The notes beneath the pieces are model-generated. The model was not told where the DNA came from. It made no database searches and saw only the letters and a list, made by a program, of their open reading frames with translations. Shown here piece after piece: positions 10,119 to 20,572 of a stretch of DNA of 64,000 nucleotides. A program made the translations under genes and the position numbers. Each line of letters begins with the position of its first letter. Position 1 is the first letter of the stretch. Source of the DNA: an uncultured delta proteobacterium (GTDB lineage Bacteria; Myxococcota; Myxococcia; SLRQ01); the NCBI GenBank assembly GCA_963727485.1, contig CAVSGM010000011.1, positions 416,001 to 480,000 of the forward strand, given 5' to 3'.

Positions 10119-10982
10119 ATGACGAATCCAGCGACCCCCGGCGCCGCCCCCGCCTCCGACGAGGGCTTCCTCGAGTCCTTCGACGGGACCCGGCTCTTCC
10201 ACCGCCACCAGGTCCCCGAGGGCGCCCGGGCCCAGGTCCTCTTCGTCCACGGCTACGGCGACCACCTCGGCCGCTACCCCCACGTCTTCGAGCACCTCAA
10301 CGCCGCGGGCTACGGGGTCCATGCCTTCGACTACCGGGGCCACGGGCGCTCCGAGGGGCGCCGGGGCCACGTGGGCCGGTTCCCCGACTACGTCGGCGAC
10401 CTCAACGCCTTCCTCGAGGTGGTGCGCCCCCGGGTCCCCGAGGGCCAAAAGCTCCTCCTGGTCGCCCACAGCAACGGATGCCTCATCACCGCCCGGTGGA
10501 TCCTCGAGGGGCAGGACGCGGTGAGCGCGGTGGCCATGAGCGGCCCGTTCCTCAAGCTCGGCTTCGAGCCCCCCAAGGCCAAGATCTTCGCCTCGGTGCT
10601 CATCGGCAAGGTCATCCCCCACCTGTCGGTGAAGAACGAGCTCTCCCCGGAGATGCTCACCCACAATCCCGACTTCCAGAAGCAGACCGCCGAGGACCCC
10701 CTCTACAACCAGGTCACCACGCCCCGGTGGTTCACCGAGACCCTCGCCGCCCAGGAGGAGGTCCGGCGCCGGGCCTCGGAGATCACGGTGCCGCTTCTGG
10801 TGATGCAGGGCCTCGAGGACACGGTGGTCTCCCCGGAGGCGAGCCGGGCGTTCTTCGACGCGGTCACCTCCCCCGACAAGAGCTGGGAGGGCTTCGAGGG
10901 GATGCGCCACGAGCTCTACATGGAGACCGGGCGTGCGGCCCCCCTGGCGCGGCTCACCGCCTGGCTCGACGAGCACGCGTAG
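10119..10982 (+). CDS. Alpha/beta hydrolase, lysophospholipase/monoglyceride lipase family
   Basis: VHGYGDH, FDYRGHGRSEG, nucleophile elbow AHSNG, Asp in GLEDTVV, catalytic His in MRHEL. Confidence 0.9.
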   Translation: MTNPATPGAAPASDEGFLESFDGTRLFHRHQVPEGARAQVLFVHGYGDHLGRYPHVFEHLNAAGYGVHAFDYRGHGRSEGRRGHVGRFPDYVGDLNAFLEVVRPRVPEGQKLLLVAHSNGCLITARWILEGQDAVSAVAMSGPFLKLGFEPPKAKIFASVLIGKVIPHLSVKNELSPEMLTHNPDFQKQTAEDPLYNQVTTPRWFTETLAAQEEVRRRASEITVPLLVMQGLEDTVVSPEASRAFFDAVTSPDKSWEGFEGMRHELYMETGRAAPLARLTAWLDEHA

Positions 10983-10985
10983 TCG

Positions 10986-12368
10986 CTAGTGGATCACCAG
11001 GGCCAGGACGCACAGGCCCACGATCAGCACGGTGACCGCGACCCAGGGGACCCACCGGCGCAGGCGCCAGGGCAGGAGGCCGGTGTCGCCCTCGGCGGCG
11101 ACGGCGAGGCTGCCGACCGGCCCCAGGGGCACCGCCGGGTTCGAGGCGGGCGCGCCCACCACCGGGAGCACCGGGGGCCCCGAGCCGGCGGCGGCGGGGG
11201 CCGGGGCGATCGCGCCTGGGTCCGGGGGCGGCGTGGCCGGAGCCGGGTCGACCTCGCCCTCGGGGGGCGCCATGACGAAGGGGGCCCCGCCTCCGGGGTC
11301 GGTCACCGGCGCCGCCGCGGCCTTGGCGTGGGTGCTGGAGACCCCGCTCTCGCCCGGGGCCGGGGCCTCGTCGCCGAAGCGGGCGTCGAGGAAGGCGCCC
11401 GAGTCCCCGGCGGCCTCCGCCTCGGCCTCGGCCTCGAGGCGGTCGGCGAAGAGGCTCTGCATGAAGGCCGCCAGCTCCTCCGGGGGCACCACGCTCCGGT
11501 GCTCGGCGAGGAAGCCGCGGAGCGCCTGGCAGAGGGCGTCGGCGCTCTCGTAGCGCTGGTCCCGGTCCCGGGCCAGGGCCTTGAGGACGATGGTCTCGAG
11601 GTCCGCCGGGTAGCCCGGGGAGGCGTCGGTGGGCGCGACCACCTTGCCGTGGGTGATCCGGCGCATGGTCTCCAGCTCGGTCCCGGCCTTGAACAGGCGC
11701 CGGCCGGTGGTGAGCTCGTAGAGGAGCACCCCGAGGGCGAAGACGTCGCTGCGCCGATCGAGGGGCAGGCCCATGATCTGCTCCGGCGACATGTAGGCGT
11801 ACTTCCCCTTGAGGACCCCGGCCCGGGTGCGCTGGGCCTGGTCGGCGGCCTTGGCGATGCCGAAGTCGACGATCTTCACCCGCCCGTCGTAGGTCACCAG
11901 GATGTTCTGGGGTGACACGTCCCGGTGGACCACCTCCAGGGGCCGGCCCGCCGAGTTCTTGAGGTCGTGGGCGTAGTCGAGGCCCTCGCAGGCCCCGGCG
12001 ATGACCTCCACCGCCAGCTTCCGGGGCAGGGGCACCGAGTGCTTGCGCGCCTGCCGGGCGATGGCCCGGATGTCCTCGCCGTGGATGTACTCCATGGCCA
12101 GGTAGTAGGTGTCGCCGACCCGGCCGAGGTCGAAGATCTGCACGCAGCCCGGGTGGTCGAGGCGGGCGGCGATCTTCGCCTCGTCGATGAACATCAGGAC
12201 GAACTCACGGTCCGTGGCCAGGTGCGGGTGGATCCGCTTGATCACCACCTCACGGGTGGGGTCGGCGTCGTCCCGGGCCAGCCACACCTCGGCCATGCCG
12301 CCCTTGGCGAGGCGACGGATCAGGCGGTAGCGGCCGAAGCGCTCGGTCTGCTGGTTCCCCACGGGCAT
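10986..12368 (-). CDS. Hanks-type Ser/Thr protein kinase with C-terminal membrane anchor
   Basis: GGMAEVW, VIKRI, HRDVSPQN, DFG, GKYAYMSPEQ and DVFALG motifs; Pro/Ala linker; hydrophobic C-terminal helix. Confidence 0.93.
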   Translation of the reverse strand: MPVGNQQTERFGRYRLIRRLAKGGMAEVWLARDDADPTREVVIKRIHPHLATDREFVLMFIDEAKIAARLDHPGCVQIFDLGRVGDTYYLAMEYIHGEDIRAIARQARKHSVPLPRKLAVEVIAGACEGLDYAHDLKNSAGRPLEVVHRDVSPQNILVTYDGRVKIVDFGIAKAADQAQRTRAGVLKGKYAYMSPEQIMGLPLDRRSDVFALGVLLYELTTGRRLFKAGTELETMRRITHGKVVAPTDASPGYPADLETIVLKALARDRDQRYESADALCQALRGFLAEHRSVVPPEELAAFMQSLFADRLEAEAEAEAAGDSGAFLDARFGDEAPAPGESGVSSTHAKAAAAPVTDPGGGAPFVMAPPEGEVDPAPATPPPDPGAIAPAPAAAGSGPPVLPVVGAPASNPAVPLGPVGSLAVAAEGDTGLLPWRLRRWVPWVAVTVLIVGLCVLALVIH

Positions 12369-12467
12369 CCGGGCGCGCCGCCGGGTTCCGGGCGACGCTC
12401 CCCTTGGATCCCCGATGCTATGTGGGGGCCGCCGCCCCTGGCAAGTCGGCGACCGGCCGGCCCCCGG

Positions 12468-14519
12468 CTAGGGGAGCGGGTCGCGGGAGGCGTACCACTG
12501 GCCCTTGAAGCCCTTGAACACCTTCACGAAGGTGCCGTCGTAGTGCCCGTCGTCCTTCTGCTCGAAGCTCGGATCGCCGAGATTGGTGGCCCAGGGGGGG
12601 CTGCTGGAGTCGGCGGTGATGTTCGCCGTCCCGTGGAACTTCAGGGCCCCGAGGTCGAAGGCCAGGTTGTAGAGCATCTTGCTCACCTGGTCCGCCGCGG
12701 CCTTCACCGCCGATTGGCACAGGGCGGTGATGTCGCCGAAGAACCCGCCGGTGAGGTTGCCCACCGTGGTGTTCACGGCGCTGCAGTCCACCGCGTTGAC
12801 GATGGCCTCCTGCACCGAGCTGTAGGGCGTGAGCAGGGAGACGAGCTGGTCGGCGAGCCAGCCGATGAGCTTGCCGATGTGCACGTCCACCGTCCGGTCG
12901 TTCACCACGATTTGGGGCGGGCTCACCGCGCCGTTGATGGTGCCGGCGAAGGGGTGCACCTTGAGACCGAGGTTGGCGATGGTCACCGGGTCGTCGACCA
13001 TCAGGTCCACCCGCGCGCAGGCCGGGGTGGGGTCGGCGGGGATGGGGTCACACAGCTCGAGGTCGTAGAACACGAAGCTCGACCACTGCTCGGTGGCGGT
13101 CCAGGCCGGCGCCGGGCTCCCGTCGGACTTGGTGGACTGGGTGATGTCCATGTAGCCCCGGGAGCGCAGGTCGTGGGTGAAGGTGGCGACCACGTCGAGG
13201 ACGTGGACCAGCTTCTGGAACCAGTCGGGGACGAACTGGTTGACCGCCTTGGCGATGAGGCCCTGCAGCCACGAGGGCAGGCCGAGGTCGCCGAGGAAGA
13301 GCCGGTCGATGGTGCGGATGGGCCCGGCGATGTCCGGGAGCACCGGGACGGCGTCACCGATGTGGAAGGTGTGGGCGGTGTACCAGCTCCCCGAGATGTC
13401 CGGCACCGGCACGTTCGGGGGCAGGCAGGTGCCGCCCTTGCAGGTGTAGCCGTTCTGGCAGTCGCCGTCGTTGCTGCACTCGGGGTTGCTGGCGGTGCAG
13501 GTCCCGGTGCCGGTGTCGCAGGTGAACCCCGGGCCGCAGTCGGCGTTGGTGGCGCAGCCGACGGTGTAGGCCGGGGCGCACTCGTTGTTCAGGCACTGGT
13601 AGCCCTGGGGGCAGCTCACCGGGTTGGTCGGGTCGTTGCTGCACGCCGGCAGCGGCGCGCACATCCCGGTGGTGGTGTCGCACATCTCCTGGGCCGGGCA
13701 GTCGCTGTCGGCCTTGCACAGCTTGATGCCGGCGCCGGAGATGGTGACCTGCCACTGGACCGTCGCCGAGCTGTCGGTCCGGGCGGTGACGGTGAAGCTG
13801 TCGTTGAGGTCCGAGCCGGTGTCGAGGGTGGCCGTGGCCTGGCCGCCGGGGCCGGTGGTGGGGGCGGCCCCGGAGTTCATGATGGTGGCCGACAGCGGCG
13901 TCTGCCCCTGGACGAAGCCGAAGTGGACCGGCAGGCCGGTCATGGGGTTGCCGAACTGGTCGGAGATCCGGACCTTGAGGCTGACCTTGGCCTTCATCGC
14001 CGTCTGCACCGCCGCCGAGGTGGAGGAGCTGTCGGGGGTGACGCTCGGGGTGCGGATGATGGCGATGGTCTGGGTGAGCTTGATGATCTGGACGCCGAAG
14101 GCGACGGGGTCGGCCCCCGGGGCGCTGGCCTTCACCTGGAAGGTGGTCTGGCTGGTGCCGGCGGTGAGGTCGACGGTGGCGGTGCCCTGGGCGTCGGTGG
14201 TGGCGGTCTGGGCCGAGAGGGTCGCGCCCTGGGCCGCGCCGGCGATGGAGAAGGTGACCGTCTCGCCGGAGACCGGGCCGAGGTTGTCCTGGACCAGCCC
14301 CACGGCGAGGTGGGCGGTGCCGCCGACCTGGAGCTGCACCAGGGGGTTGCCCACCACCGAGAGGCGCCGGGAGCCGGTCTGGGTGGTGCCGCCGTCGGTG
14401 CCGCCGGAGGTGCCTCCGTCGCCGCCGTTGTAGGTGCCTCCATGACCCCCGCCGCAGGCGACGGCGAACGCGAGGAGGACGACCGGGAGCAGGCGATAGG
14501 GGACACGGGTGGCTCTCAT
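12468..14519 (-). CDS. Surface lipoprotein with two Ig-like (Big_1-like) domains, Cys-rich repeats and an uncharacterised C-terminal domain
   Basis: Lipobox AVAC; Big_1-like motifs TTDAQGTATVDL and DQFGNPMTGLPVHF; four C-x4-DC-type repeats (CKADSDC, CATNADC, CSNDGDC). Confidence 0.75.
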   Translation of the reverse strand: MRATRVPYRLLPVVLLAFAVACGGGHGGTYNGGDGGTSGGTDGGTTQTGSRRLSVVGNPLVQLQVGGTAHLAVGLVQDNLGPVSGETVTFSIAGAAQGATLSAQTATTDAQGTATVDLTAGTSQTTFQVKASAPGADPVAFGVQIIKLTQTIAIIRTPSVTPDSSSTSAAVQTAMKAKVSLKVRISDQFGNPMTGLPVHFGFVQGQTPLSATIMNSGAAPTTGPGGQATATLDTGSDLNDSFTVTARTDSSATVQWQVTISGAGIKLCKADSDCPAQEMCDTTTGMCAPLPACSNDPTNPVSCPQGYQCLNNECAPAYTVGCATNADCGPGFTCDTGTGTCTASNPECSNDGDCQNGYTCKGGTCLPPNVPVPDISGSWYTAHTFHIGDAVPVLPDIAGPIRTIDRLFLGDLGLPSWLQGLIAKAVNQFVPDWFQKLVHVLDVVATFTHDLRSRGYMDITQSTKSDGSPAPAWTATEQWSSFVFYDLELCDPIPADPTPACARVDLMVDDPVTIANLGLKVHPFAGTINGAVSPPQIVVNDRTVDVHIGKLIGWLADQLVSLLTPYSSVQEAIVNAVDCSAVNTTVGNLTGGFFGDITALCQSAVKAAADQVSKMLYNLAFDLGALKFHGTANITADSSSPPWATNLGDPSFEQKDDGHYDGTFVKVFKGFKGQWYASRDPLP

Positions 14520-14595
14520 GGCCCTCCCACCTTAGCAGAACCCAGGGGGCCACCCCGCATCGGACATTCGGCCGATGCCGGGGTATGTAAGGGCC

Positions 14596-15616
14596 ATGGC
14601 CGTCCACACCGAGGTCGAGCGGCACGCCCTCGAGGCGTTCCTGGCCCCCTACGGCCTCGGGGGGCTGGTGGCGGTGGAGGGGGTCCCCGAGGGCTCGATC
14701 CACACCACCTACCGGCTCCGGACCGCCGCCGGGACGCACTACCTGCGCCTCACCGAGGGCCTCACCGACGCCGACGTGGCCTACGAGCTGGCCCTCTTGG
14801 ACCACCTCGCCGCCACCTTGACCCCGGCGCCCCGGCCGCTCCCCCGGGGGGACGCGGGGCCGCTGGGGCACCTCGCCGGGCGGATCGCCGCCGTGTTCTC
14901 GGAGATTTCCGGCACCCCGGTCCCCGCCGGCGCCCTCACCGAGGGCCACGCCCGGCAGGTCGGCGACTTCCTCGCCCGGCTCCACCGGGACACCACCGCC
15001 TTCGAGCGCCGGCGCCCGAACCCCTACCGCCCGGAGGTGGTCGACCGGTGGCTCGCCGAGCTCACCGCCGCGCCCCCGGACGATCGGCGGGTGCAGGCGG
15101 CCCTCCCGGACCTCCAGCGCGCCCTCGACGCCAGCCGCGGCGCCCACCCGGACGATCCCGGGGCGGGCCCGGGGGTGGGGACGGTCCACGCGGACCTCTT
15201 CCCGGACAACGTCCACTGGGACGGAGACCGCCTCGCCGGGGTCCTCGACTTCGAGATGGCCTGCACCGCCCCCAGGCTCCTGGATCTCGGCGATCGCCCT
15301 GCTGGTCTGGGCCTTCGGCCCCGGGGGCCCGGTGCCCGATCGTGCCCGGGCCCTCTGCGACGCCTACGTCGCCGGCCGCCCGCCGGCCCCGGACGAGGCC
15401 GCCGCCTTCTACGACCTCTGCCGCTTCGCCGCGGTCCGCTACGCGGTGAGCCGCATCCGCGACTTCCTCCTCTCGCCGCTCCCGCCCGACCGGCTGGTGA
15501 AGAAGGACTGGCGGGTGTTCCGGGACCACCTCGCGGCCCTCGAGCGCCTGGGCCCGGCGGGCCTCGCGGACCTCACGGGCATCGGCCCGGGGACCGGGCG
15601 CACATCCGCGCCTTGA
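14596..15616 (+). CDS. thrB: Homoserine kinase type II (APH-like), with a +1 frameshift at about 15289-15290
   Basis: MAVHTEV start, EGSIHTTY, HADLFPDNV and LDFEMAC motifs. Removing one G in ctcggcgatc restores LDLAIALLVWAF and joins to the frame ending at 15616 (AAVRYAVSRIRD...KKDW). Probably a sequencing error. Confidence 0.8.
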
Positions 15617-15651
15617 GACCCACACGGAGCGGTCACTAGGCTCGAGGAGCC

Positions 15652-16572
15652 ATGCGGCTCCGAACTCTCGCCGGTCTCGCCTTCGTCCTGGCGCTGCCCG
15701 CGATGCCCGCCGCCGCCGGGGGGCAGACGCACGCAGCGCGGATCACCTGGCGCCCCGCCTTTCCCCAGCAGGGCGACCCGCTCCTGGTCTCGGTGCGCCC
15801 CAGGGACCGCAAGGCGCCCAAGGGCGGCACCTTCCTCGGCCGGCCCCTGCGCTTCTTCGCCTGGGGCCACGGCGAGTGGCGGGCCCTGGTCCCGGTCCCG
15901 GTGGACACCCACCCGGGCCCCCGGACCCTCACGGTGACCCTCGGCGCCCGCGGCGGCGCCACCCGCCGGACCGAGACCCGCAAGGTCACGGTGAAGGCCG
16001 GGGACTTCGAGACCGAGCACCTCCACGTGAACCCGCGCTTCGCCCGGCCGCCCCGGCGCTACCGCCGGGAGCTCCACCGGGACCACCGCCGGGTCCACCG
16101 GGCCTACGCCAGGCGCAGCCCGACGCGCCTGTGGCGGGCGCCCTTCGTCACCCCCCTCGAGGGCCGGACCACCGACCCCTACGGGGTGAGGCGCACCTTC
16201 AACGGCAAGCTGAAGAGCCGCCACCTCGGCTGGGACATCGACGGGAAGACCGGCGACCCGGTGAAGGCCGCCGCCGCCGGCCGGGTGGTGATGGCCCACC
16301 ACCTCTACTACAGCGGCAACACCGTGATCCTCGACCACGGCCTGGGCCTGTTCACCGTCTACTTCCACCTCTCGGAGATGGACGTGTCGCCGGGGGACGT
16401 GGTGGACGCCGGCGACGTCCTGGGGAAGGTCGGCGCCACCGGCCGGGCGACCGGGCCGCACCTCCACTTCGGGGTGAAGCTCGAGGGCCACTACGTCAGC
16501 CCCCAGCGCCTCCTCGACCTGGGGATGGGCGACGACCCGGCGGTGGCCGACGTCGCCGACTCCCAGCGCTAG
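15652..16572 (+). CDS. M23-family metallopeptidase (secreted)
   Basis: Signal peptide; HLGWDI, GNTVILDHG, YFHLS and ATGPHLHF motifs; GAGGAG RBS. Confidence 0.92.
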   Translation: MRLRTLAGLAFVLALPAMPAAAGGQTHAARITWRPAFPQQGDPLLVSVRPRDRKAPKGGTFLGRPLRFFAWGHGEWRALVPVPVDTHPGPRTLTVTLGARGGATRRTETRKVTVKAGDFETEHLHVNPRFARPPRRYRRELHRDHRRVHRAYARRSPTRLWRAPFVTPLEGRTTDPYGVRRTFNGKLKSRHLGWDIDGKTGDPVKAAAAGRVVMAHHLYYSGNTVILDHGLGLFTVYFHLSEMDVSPGDVVDAGDVLGKVGATGRATGPHLHFGVKLEGHYVSPQRLLDLGMGDDPAVADVADSQR

Positions 16573-17036
16573 AGCCCCGAGACGACCTTCCAGTCGTGCC
16601 CCTCGAGGCGGACCACCATGCGCTTGACGTCGAGCGCGTTGTGCCAGGTGTCGCCTGAGGGCATGTGGGTCTGGAACCGCAGGTCGTAGCGGTACTGCAC
16701 GGTGGCCACGGTCTGCTTGGGGTTGAAGGTCATCTTCAGGACCTCGAGGTCGAGGCGGAGGGTCTTCAGGTGGGCGAAGTCCTTCGTCAGCTTGGTCTCG
16801 AGGCCCGCGTAGGTGAGGTCGTCGCCGCTGTCGGCGTTCCCGAGATCGTCGTGGTAGTCCGGCGAGGCGATCGCCAGGATCTCCTTGACGTTCTTGTGCA
16901 CCATGGCCTTCCGGTACCGGGCCAGGACCCCGAGGACCGCCTTCGCCTGGGGGGTGTCGGGGATGGGCCGGACCTGGGCACCGGCGCAGCCGGCGACGAG
17001 GACCAGGGCGAGGAGGGGCGCGAGGGTACGGGGCAT
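16569..17036 (-). CDS. Lipoprotein, probable NTF2-like/SnoaL-like fold
   Basis: ATG at 17036 follows GGAG; lipobox VAGC; helix-then-beta-meander pattern ending WKVVSGL. Confidence 0.65.
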   Translation of the reverse strand: MPRTLAPLLALVLVAGCAGAQVRPIPDTPQAKAVLGVLARYRKAMVHKNVKEILAIASPDYHDDLGNADSGDDLTYAGLETKLTKDFAHLKTLRLDLEVLKMTFNPKQTVATVQYRYDLRFQTHMPSGDTWHNALDVKRMVVRLEGHDWKVVSGL

Positions 17037-17190
17037 CGGGATCTCCAGGCGCCGCCGGGGGCGCGCGGTCCGTGGCGAGCCGCGCAGGCCGCACGGGTCA
17101 TCGCCGGTCGGGCTATCGGACAACTCGGGGTCGGTCAAGACATTCCCGGTGCTTGCCCTGGGTGCCGGCCGCTGCCTATACACCTCGGCC

Positions 17191-17661
17191 ATGGCAAGCC
17201 CCAGCTACGAGCGCCTCAAGACCTTCTTCGAGACCAGCGCCGCCGCGCGCCGCGCCACCCGCCCGCTGAAGAAGGGCGCCTCGGTGGCGGTGACCTTCCC
17301 GGACGACCCGGAGCCCTACCGGTTCACCATGGAGAGCGGGTCGGCGGGCTTCGTCCCAGGCCGGGAGTCGGACCCGGACTTCTCCCTGGTGCTCCCGCCC
17401 AAGGCCGTCGAGGAGATCACCGGCCTCGAGGCCGACGACCTGGGCTCGTTCGCCGTGGCCTTCTTCAAGTGCATCCTCGCCGACGAGGACGAGCGCAAGG
17501 TCCACGTGAAGCTCCACGCGGGCTTCATCCGCCTCACCCGCCACGGGTACCTGTCGACCATGGCCCTCGGCGGCCCCACGGTGATGATGTTCCTCGCCCG
17601 GCAGGGCCTCAAGGGCCCCGGCGGGATCAAGAAGGCCATCGACAAGCTGCGCAAGGGGTAG
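17191..17661 (+). CDS. Hypothetical protein, possibly SCP2 sterol-binding-like
   Basis: ATG at 17191 with coding-like codon usage; FTMESGSAGFVPGRESDPDFSL resembles the SCP2 pattern. Confidence 0.55.
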   Translation: MASPSYERLKTFFETSAAARRATRPLKKGASVAVTFPDDPEPYRFTMESGSAGFVPGRESDPDFSLVLPPKAVEEITGLEADDLGSFAVAFFKCILADEDERKVHVKLHAGFIRLTRHGYLSTMALGGPTVMMFLARQGLKGPGGIKKAIDKLRKG

Positions 17662-17690
17662 CGGGCGGCCGGGCGGCGTGTGACCGGGGG

Positions 17691-20070
17691 TCAGTGCGGG
17701 TGCGTCCGACGCCAGGTGGCGTCGAAATGGCACCGGGCGATCCAGTCCTCGGCGGTGAGCTTCTCACCCGGGGTCGCGCCCGGGTGGTCCCGGAACGCCG
17801 CCCAGGCGGCGGCCGAGGCGTCGAGGTGGCCGGCCTCCCACTGGGCGCGGGCGATGAGCCGGAGGTTCTCCTGGGCGAGGCCGCCGTCGCTGGTGAGGCC
17901 CAGGTCCCGGGCCTGGGTGAGCCAGGGGAGGGCGCGGTCCCAGTCGCCGAGGTTGTAGAGCTGGCGGCCGAGCAGGTAGCGGGGGAGCGGCGCCTTCGGG
18001 GCCTTCTGGACGAGCTGGTCCAGGTCGAGGAGGGCCACCGCCCGGGGCGTCCGGCCGAGGAGGAGCGGGCGGACCACGGGGGTGAGCACCGGGTCCTTGG
18101 CGGCGATCATCGAGGCGGTGGCCAGGCGGATGAGGCCCGCGTCCACCCCGAGGTCGACGACGGCCTGGAACGCCTTCTCCGCTGCGGCGGTGTCTCCCTG
18201 GCGCCAGGCGATCTGGCCCAGGAGCGATGTCCGCCTGGGACTTGAGCGACGGGTCGGCCTTGGGGTGGTGGAGGAGCTTGTCGGCGGTGGCCTTCGCGGC
18301 CTTCAGGTCCCCGGCGCGGAGCTGGGCGTCCATCAGCGTCCGGAGGTGCCAGGGGGCGTCGGGCTCCAGGGCGATGCACTTGCGGATCCACTTGATGCCG
18401 CCGGCGGTGTTCCCGGCGGCGAGGTCGGCCCGCGCCCGGGCCAGCGCCCGGGTGACGTCGAAGGCGCAGGGGCGCAGGACGATGGACGGCCGGCGGAACC
18501 GGGCCTCGGCGAGGCGCCGGGCCAGCGGGCTCACCGGCTGGCTGTCGAGGAACGCGCCCCAGTCGTGGAAGAGCTTCGCCGGGTCCCCGAGCTTCGTCAG
18601 GTCGCCGGCGCGGTAGGCGACCTTCACCTTGTCGATGCCCTGGGTGTCGACGAGCCACCGCACGAACGAGCCGGCCAGGGTGTAGGCGCGGCTCGGGGCC
18701 TGGGTGAGGAAGCCGGCGCTGGAGAACAGGCCCTGGATGGGCGGCGCCACCCCGAGGGCGCGCATGGCCCGCGCCCAGCCGTGGATGGTCAGGGGCCCGC
18801 GGGCGGGCCAGTCGGCGGCGACGGCGAGGCCCTCCTCGAAGCCCTGGTTGGGGACGAGGCCGTCGCTGGTGGCGACCTTGAAGGGCCCGCGGCCAAACGC
18901 CCCGGCGAGGACGTGGGCCAGCTCGTGCTCGAGGACCGGCGGGGGGAAGCCGCCGGCGTCGATGAAGAAGGCGTGGAGCCAGGGCTTGGCGATGTCGGTG
19001 AGCCCGGCGCCCATGAGCCGGCGCTTCTCGTCGCTCGAGCGGAAGATCCAGCTGGTGACCGGGGCGCCGCTGCCGTCCGGGAGCTTCAGCCAGCGGATGA
19101 GCTCGGCGTAGCGCAGCTCGTGCTCCTCGACCATCCGGTGGACCCACCCGGGCGACTCCTCCTTGGGGTAGTGGATGACGAAGTGGGGCGTCCGGACGGT
19201 GCCCCCCAGCGCCCGGGCGATGGAGGCGTTGGACTGGTAGAAGCCCAGGCTCGACCGGTGGCCCTCGAGGACCCCCACCGTGACGCCGGCGACCAGGACC
19301 AGGATCGCCGCCGGGAGCCGGCCCCCGCCGAGGCGCAGGCGCACCCGGAAGTCGGCGTCGTCGATCATCAGGGCGAGCAGGCCCACCCCCAGCACCGCCC
19401 AGGCCAGCGTGAGGCCCTGGTAGCCGACCACCGCCCGGGTCACCGACACCTGCTCGTCGTAGAGGGGGCCGGGGAGGTAGCCGAGGAGGTGGTTGAAGAC
19501 GAAGGCCTGGGGGCCGGTGAGGATGGGCCAGGCGGTCACCGCCGCCGAGGCCACGAGGAGCAGGAGCCCCAGGACGACCACCATCACCCGGCTCCGGGCC
19601 AGCGACCCGAGGGCCACCCCGCACACCGCGGCCAGCGGCACCGACACCAGGGGCAGGACCGGGTACCACACCAGGTCCGCGCCGAGGTCGCAGGTGCCCA
19701 CCCGCAGGCCGTTGATCAAGGAGAGCACCCCGGTGAAGGCGACCCCGAGGCCGAGGACCACGCTCGCTGCGAGCACCGGCAGCGCCACCGCCCGGACCAG
19801 CCCCGGCGCCGACTTGAGGTGCAGGGGCACGTCGGGGCGGGCCCGGACGTCGCCGATGTCCTGCTCCACCCGGGCCGCCGCGACCCCGACCACCAGCCCC
19901 AGGATCCCTACCAGGAGGTTCGCCGCCAGGGCGTTGGCGTAGCCCGGGCGCCCGGCCATGGGGAGGAAGAGCACCCCCACCGAGGCCACCGCCCACACCA
20001 GCGCCGCGAGGCGGAAGGCGCGGCGGCGCAGGAGGAGGCCGATCCGGGGGCCGAGGGCGTAGGGGTTCAT
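17691..20070 (-). CDS. Multi-pass membrane protein with a gluzincin-like (HExxH...E) domain and C-terminal TPRs; +1 frameshift at about 18223-18228
   Basis: About 7 hydrophobic helices, then HELAHVL...GFEEGLAVA. Removing one base joins ORF 17764..20070 to the TPR-like frame ending at 17691 (LLGQIAWRQGD..., RYLLGRQLYN). Confidence 0.65.
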
Positions 20071-20097
20071 GAAACGCGAATCGTTTCGGAGGGTTTG

Positions 20098-20126
20098 TTG
20101 ACAGGCCCCAGGGGCGCTTCTAGCAT
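20098..20126 (+). promoter_or_regulatory. Sigma70-type promoter for the PilZ-like gene
   Basis: TTGACA-17 nt-TAGCAT, 9 nt upstream of the ATG at 20136. Confidence 0.65.
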
Positions 20127-20135
20127 CGCCGCCAC

Positions 20136-20552
20136 ATGTCCACCGGGGATGAAAGACGGCGTCAAATCCGCGTGCCCATCGAGCTGCGGGTCGACTACAA
20201 GAAGATGAACACCTTCTTCGCCGACTACACCAAGAACATCTCCAAGGGTGGCACCTTCATCAAGACCGACAAGCCCCTGAAGGTGGGCACCCAGTTCGTG
20301 TTCAAGCTGGTCATCCCCCAGCTCAAGGAGCCGGTGCAGCTGCGGGGCGACGTGGTCTGGATCAAGCGTCCCGGCGACACCCACCACCCCGAGGAGCCCG
20401 ATCCGGGGATGGGCATCCGCTTCGTCTACGACACCGACGACCACCGGGGTCAGTTCGAGAGCCTGGTGGAGCGGATGATGCGCGACTCCCTGGGCGAGCA
20501 CCTGTTCAACAAGCTCCTCCGTCGCGAAGGCGACGCCGAGGAGAGCGCCTAG
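20136..20552 (+). CDS. plpA: Myxobacterial PilZ-like protein (TIGR02266-type), probable PlpA orthologue
   Basis: RRQIR (RxxxR) and NISKGG (D/NxSxxG) PilZ motifs; FFADYTKNISKGGTFI and GMGIRF patterns; close to the glt genes. Orthology is recalled, not tested. Confidence 0.7.
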   Translation: MSTGDERRRQIRVPIELRVDYKKMNTFFADYTKNISKGGTFIKTDKPLKVGTQFVFKLVIPQLKEPVQLRGDVVWIKRPGDTHHPEEPDPGMGIRFVYDTDDHRGQFESLVERMMRDSLGEHLFNKLLRREGDAEESA

Positions 20553-20572
20553 CCCACGCCGGGAGGCGGCGC

